NCBI GenBank assembly: GCA_949373075.1
Contig: CASIBX010000040.1
Location: 6,686-70,685, forward strand
DNA length: 64,000 nt
Direction of reading: 5' to 3'
Source of the DNA: Candidatus Poseidoniaceae archaeon
GTDB lineage: Archaea; Thermoplasmatota; Poseidoniia; Poseidoniales; Poseidoniaceae
Translations under genes and position numbers: made by a program
In this document: positions 62,001 to 64,000 of the stretch, piece by piece
Layout: every line of letters begins with the position of its first letter
Numbering within the stretch: position 1 is the first letter of the stretch
The notes under the pieces: generated by a model
Told to the model about the DNA's origin: nothing
The model's database searches: none
Seen by the model: only the letters and a program-made list of their open reading frames with translations

Positions 62001-64000
62001 CGAATTGTCATAGTAACTGTATGTTACAAATGAATTGGTGTCACTAACACTTGAGCCTTTCATGAAAGCAATATGCGGTTGTGCATTGGAATCAACAGTG
62101 AATGAAGAGCGTCCAGGGCCAACATCTGTTATCGAACCTGAGCCTGAATCTAAACCTGAACTCCAAGAACTTGAACTTGTGTCATAGACCCAAGTGTAAA
62201 TTCGTGTTGCTGAATCATGATAAGCCAGCAAATGGAGATCACCATTTGAATCCACACTAATTTGCTTGTAGTCTGCATTTGTCGTAGAGTTGCTCACACC
62301 TGAAGGGTACGTAATTCCAGTTACGGCATTGCTTGTAGAAATACTTACGATTTCATCGTGAGATGTCATGTACACTGTGCCGTCTGGTGCAATTGAAATG
62401 TCATGGTAATAATCATCATGATTCGAATCGAATGTGTAGACTAAAGTAGAACCAGGGCTCGTACTTGAAGAAGTGCCAGAACCGTATTCCAAGTAGTACA
62501 ATTGGTGGTCATTCACGATATAAGCACCCTGACCATAACTTTCGTAATCAAATGCTTGTTGTGAATTACTTCCGTAGTTTGGGCTGGCTGATACGCCCTG
62601 CGAATTAGTAATAGCACTAGTAGTTCTTGCAAATAATTTCATGTTCATGTTTGAATTATCAAGTCCTACTGTTTGGTACTCATGAGTTGCATCATTTGGC
62701 AAGAATAGAATCCCTGTGCCGTAAAAATACTGGTAGCCTGTGTTCGCCCAAGTCGAGTATGAATTGACAACTGCTCTTGTGCCCCATTCTTTACGCTCAC
62801 ATGCCTGTTCGTCAGCATCACTCCAACCATCACCATCATCATCGGTGTCAACATAGTCACAGGTACCATCGCTGTCTAGATCACGAGGCATACTTGCAGA
62901 AAGTTTTGAATTTGAGAGACATGCATCTTCATCAGTATCGTTCCAATTGTCGTTATCATCGTCCAAATCTTCAATCAAATTGGTTGAACAAGCAGCATAA
63001 ATCGAATCAGGCATTCCATCTGAATCTGTATCTAAGACTGCACACGGGTCTAATCTGAAATCATCATCAACGTCTAGGGTCCCATCATTATCGTCATCAG
63101 TGTCCCAATGGTCAATGATGCCATCTAAATCGTAATCGGTTGGACGCATATGCAAATCTGTTGGGGCAAGATTAAGTCCCATCTCATTAGCTTGGTCTCC
63201 GATATGGTCTGTGTTTTCATGGCCAGTTCTTCCCCAAGCACCAGAACCCCAACAGTAGACTTCATTGTCAACCATAACTGCACAAGTCGATGTATCAGTT
63301 AAAGCAAGTAATTTCGCACTGCCTTCTAAATCGACAGCGTTTAGGAATGGTAAGTGCATGATACTGTCGCCCAAAGGGTTACTGTTTCCATACCCAAGGC
63401 GGCCATAAGTTCCTCTTCCCCAGCAATATACTTCTCCTGAATCAGAGATTGAACAAGAGTGGTCGTAACTTGATTCGACATCAGACATTGTTGTTCCATT
63501 GAAATTAATTGGTTTTGCAGTTAGTATGTCGTTATTGGTACCATAATAGGCTGTTAAACCATTGCCTAATTGTCCATAAGTGTGAGCTCCCCAACATACA
63601 ATGTCTCCTACATTGGTAGGTGGAGAAGTAGTTTCATGCAGTTGAGTTGTTGCACCTACTACCATACAAGCAAAGTCATTTCCAAAAGATAAATCTGAAC
63701 TTATGATTCCATTGAAGTCATAAAATACAACTGGATTTGAGCTAGTCTGAGCGATGTATGAGCCCGAACCCCAACACTTGATTGCTCCAGTAACTGAAGT
63801 CGCACATACAGCCCCAGCACTATGGGATGAAGCATACAAATCTACGAATTTACCAGAAGTTGAGTATTCTAACGTACTCGCTATTCCATGACCATATTGG
63901 TTTGAAGTTGACGCAATTGCTCGTTGTGAATTACGTCCCATACAATATATTTCGCCATTTGTTTTCAATGCACAAGTCACATCTTTTGCAGCAGCAATCT
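56052..64000 (-). CDS. giant (>2648 aa) membrane-spanning surface protein, 5'-partial: RCC1-like propeller, Ca-binding acidic repeats, Ig-like repeats, one TM, cytoplasmic coiled coil and HhH-like end
   Basis: The frame stays open upstream of 63980 to the window edge. RCC1-like blades (CWGAHTYGQLGNG, YCWGRGTYGRLGYG, YCWGSGAWGRTGHE). Six LPxGLxxxxxxGxIxGTP putative-Ig repeats. DxDxDG arrays. TM MWWICVCFPLLLLLLLIPLIYW (57279..57347). A 408-aa tail has a K/E/A coiled coil and IKGVGPFIEDKLNALGIYTFEQV. Confidence 0.85.
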   Translation of the reverse strand, partial: IAAAKDVTCALKTNGEIYCMGRNSQRAIASTSNQYGHGIASTLEYSTSGKFVDLYASSHSAGAVCATSVTGAIKCWGSGSYIAQTSSNPVVFYDFNGIISSDLSFGNDFACMVVGATTQLHETTSPPTNVGDIVCWGAHTYGQLGNGLTAYYGTNNDILTAKPINFNGTTMSDVESSYDHSCSISDSGEVYCWGRGTYGRLGYGNSNPLGDSIMHLPFLNAVDLEGSAKLLALTDTSTCAVMVDNEVYCWGSGAWGRTGHENTDHIGDQANEMGLNLAPTDLHMRPTDYDLDGIIDHWDTDDDNDGTLDVDDDFRLDPCAVLDTDSDGMPDSIYAACSTNLIEDLDDDNDNWNDTDEDACLSNSKLSASMPRDLDSDGTCDYVDTDDDGDGWSDADEQACERKEWGTRAVVNSYSTWANTGYQYFYGTGILFLPNDATHEYQTVGLDNSNMNMKLFARTTSAITNSQGVSASPNYGSNSQQAFDYESYGQGAYIVNDHQLYYLEYGSGTSSSTSPGSTLVYTFDSNHDDYYHDISIAPDGTVYMTSHDEIVSISTSNAVTGITYPSGVSNSTTNADYKQISVDSNGDLHLLAYHDSATRIYTWVYDTSSSSWSSGLDSGSGSITDVGPGRSSFTVDSNAQPHIAFMKGSSVSDTNSFVTYSYYDNSGSNWITRFTDQTPSGNSGVSLELDSNDNVHLAWVDNANRTLYHTKLSSTSNTQTTTLVIQHSSANYYYGQYGHKNLELVIGAGDDPWIIWTPYQQTGAQWNMVAYYGSPTDTSLNSAVYPGDHDSDGTCDMLEVATLDYGTEGLIFEMEMDISYIPEYPAMMPTGVAISPSLPAGLTLNATTGEISGRVTSTDFTGSNYTISTTSGVEAWSDNITIKSTMENPLYTGYENLFSTSYNDQTSAKTAFASNGEIVTLERYTNTNSITIDGIAAGGNHDSNDIVLSMKEPTGDYVWAKSIRGNSFFIEDVDVDDNGNIYALFQATATSSDPVEFNFDGVTIDNNGKTTVILAKWDYYGNLQWAINTESTGTSSTDLAYVSTGTSEESSEMDLDKSTGDVAIIAKGKTANDDLKFGGMQIGPFGTCLSTLQPWVAKVNTNGQVQWTAVGKSDPTNCRATDQHQVILHHDGSVTTAGHVPSTYAWDYDFGSSSASGLVAGSNRGSSWIAHTDSSGNWVWAENATTKNNVNSASANQYFTMDKFSDDTLFFAYVSDTNYCTKIEFAGSSTSSLPTGANIFCSNVATMNHTTSDVISLERRIGYYSTWDTYRSDSIYSAVDSDDIAHVLIDMSDGHDLRTTGFDQDLNVAYDVVSQQWSSTHTTSDFGLDNSGSIYFTGYHGTKFMFRTASLLSECGSDNTNCNGVDTWSTGQSGMPPSQHKLYRFWGDYDHEINYNSPSEGATSSFDAIGYHNANVATYQLNDSAGNINNAALPCGLTFNAASGQIAGTPTISCTDTANETYTITVHYGASQYSWNRTQSFEVTFGISPALPVVSYNPADTTQSYTRGTAITPIAPTGITNPANLHHFTTYPPLPAGLQVNSTGHIFGTPTANQSTAIFKVKSCNSWNVCSAGVPFTITIDEPAPVISYADSEYEFFKDVPITPVVPTSTGGVPSSWEVSPALPTGLSLRGDGAIIGIPFVDSLATNYTIWANNTGGSGTVVLEITVNGTGVFITYPYNTAELAQYSPMMALYPSTSGAAVVSWSIEPTLPNGIFFGNSNGTIWGTPNTLTESTVYTINATGVEDYGISTVTISVLLDTDLDAIPDVNDDDIDGDGWSNVDETNCQTDEMDESSYPSDIDQDKICDLLDTSDDRAIIVIYMSNSVELANDSAMNSLIPITAGGDIDTWEIYPALPLGLDFNGTMPGRSTTDTGAISGTPTELSASTIYTIWANNTNSGQSGTFQITLGVLLDSDGDGIPDVYDDDMDGDGWSNEMENLCAEDPQDAASTPIDTDGDGLCNYIDSDDDNDTFIDTDEIMCNSDSEDQFSVPIDDDNDGICDALQSDRDLDGWADGPEESCGSDPDNASSMPTDSDGDMICDSQDDDRDGDAVGNNVDDFPDDRSAAKDTDGDGAPDSIVGVSETGLVEDYDDDNDNWSDYDESECGTDPLDDSDFPVDSDGDGTCDALEDDTDGDGVSDAEDAFPMDPNEDTDTDGDGVGDNADEDDDGDTWSDADEERCGSDSLDSESIPENIEDETTCVTVKTESKDDDDDSSSSTMWWICVCFPLLLLLLLIPLIYWSREKGESLMVLVGMKNGPEPEYTTSRPGFVRGMGTKNDPFILKPGHVENFGDSCESKETITITNLDPESLITITDMASHTNRGRFNMDSILVEGNSEDKGSGAIVFTLKFDDNVTEEDVSGVYNGQIRIGSASVYILWEVKVGDPEADELAEADRRAKELKAQEDAERKAIKEAEAKDKADKKEAEAKDKADKKAAEAKAKAEIEAADAMAKAEKEATEKKLKEAEIEAADAMAKAEKEATEKKLKEAEEKAAAAEAKAKVAEEKAASEKKAREDSEDAARVAAEKAAQERLEQMEKEMEERRKKLDQMDEATRKKEEELLRISEKAKTIDFATLGVATSDDKDDLQRIKGVGPFIEDKLNALGIYTFEQVGNMTSEIEEQVNIAIEFFSGRIKRDKWAKQAKKFADQK
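56538..56675 (-). repeat. perfect 2 x 69-bp in-frame tandem repeat in the coiled-coil tail
   Basis: Plus-strand unit GGCTTCCTTGAGTTTCTTTTCAGTTGCTTCTTTCTCAGCCTTTGCCATTGCATCAGCAGCTTCAATCTC starts at 56538 and again at 56607. It encodes KEAEIEAADAMAKAEKEATEKKL twice. Confidence 0.9.
56699..56764 (-). repeat. 2 x 33-bp in-frame tandem repeat in the coiled-coil tail
   Basis: Plus-strand unit CCTTCTTGTCAGCCTTATCCTTTGCTTCGGCTT starts at 56699 and 56732. It encodes EAEAKDKADKK twice. Confidence 0.85.

Overview
This 64 kb window looks like a contiguous archaeal chromosome segment. Archaeal information-processing genes are spread across it: Orc1/Cdc6 at 0.5-1.7 kb next to an AT-rich candidate origin, and PCNA, fibrillarin, Nop5 and TFS at 41.7-44.5 kb. 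Between them are many bacterial-type metabolic genes: CysJ-like diflavin reductase, biotin carboxylase, FabI, Fpg, two SCO1/SenC, two LysE exporters, ABC-F, Nnr and IcmF. Several very large membrane-anchored surface proteins are also present: 1945 aa, a 1564-aa S8 protease, and more than 2648 aa. This gene content resembles marine planktonic Thermoplasmatota (Marine Group II/III-like); that placement is inference only. The standout is a tightly coupled plus-strand operon at 20.99-31.11 kb. It encodes FabI, a 2877-aa type I PfaA-like megasynthase (KS-AT-ACP-like-KS-ACPx3-KR-DH) and an Sfp-type phosphopantetheinyl transferase. Together these form an ACP-dependent fatty-acid/polyketide system in a lineage classically thought to lack ACP. 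All three tandem ACPs carry Thr where the phosphopantetheine-accepting Ser normally sits. One tRNA-Gly(UCC) is present. I saw no rRNA, CRISPR array, transposase or integrase. Other observations: GC-only hairpins sharing a CCCCCCTAYGGGGGG core, a perfect palindrome over the fabI ribosome-binding site, a divergent TBP-fold protein in an overlapping three-gene operon, and in-frame tandem repeats in the giant proteins. Function calls come from motif recognition by eye; no database search was run.
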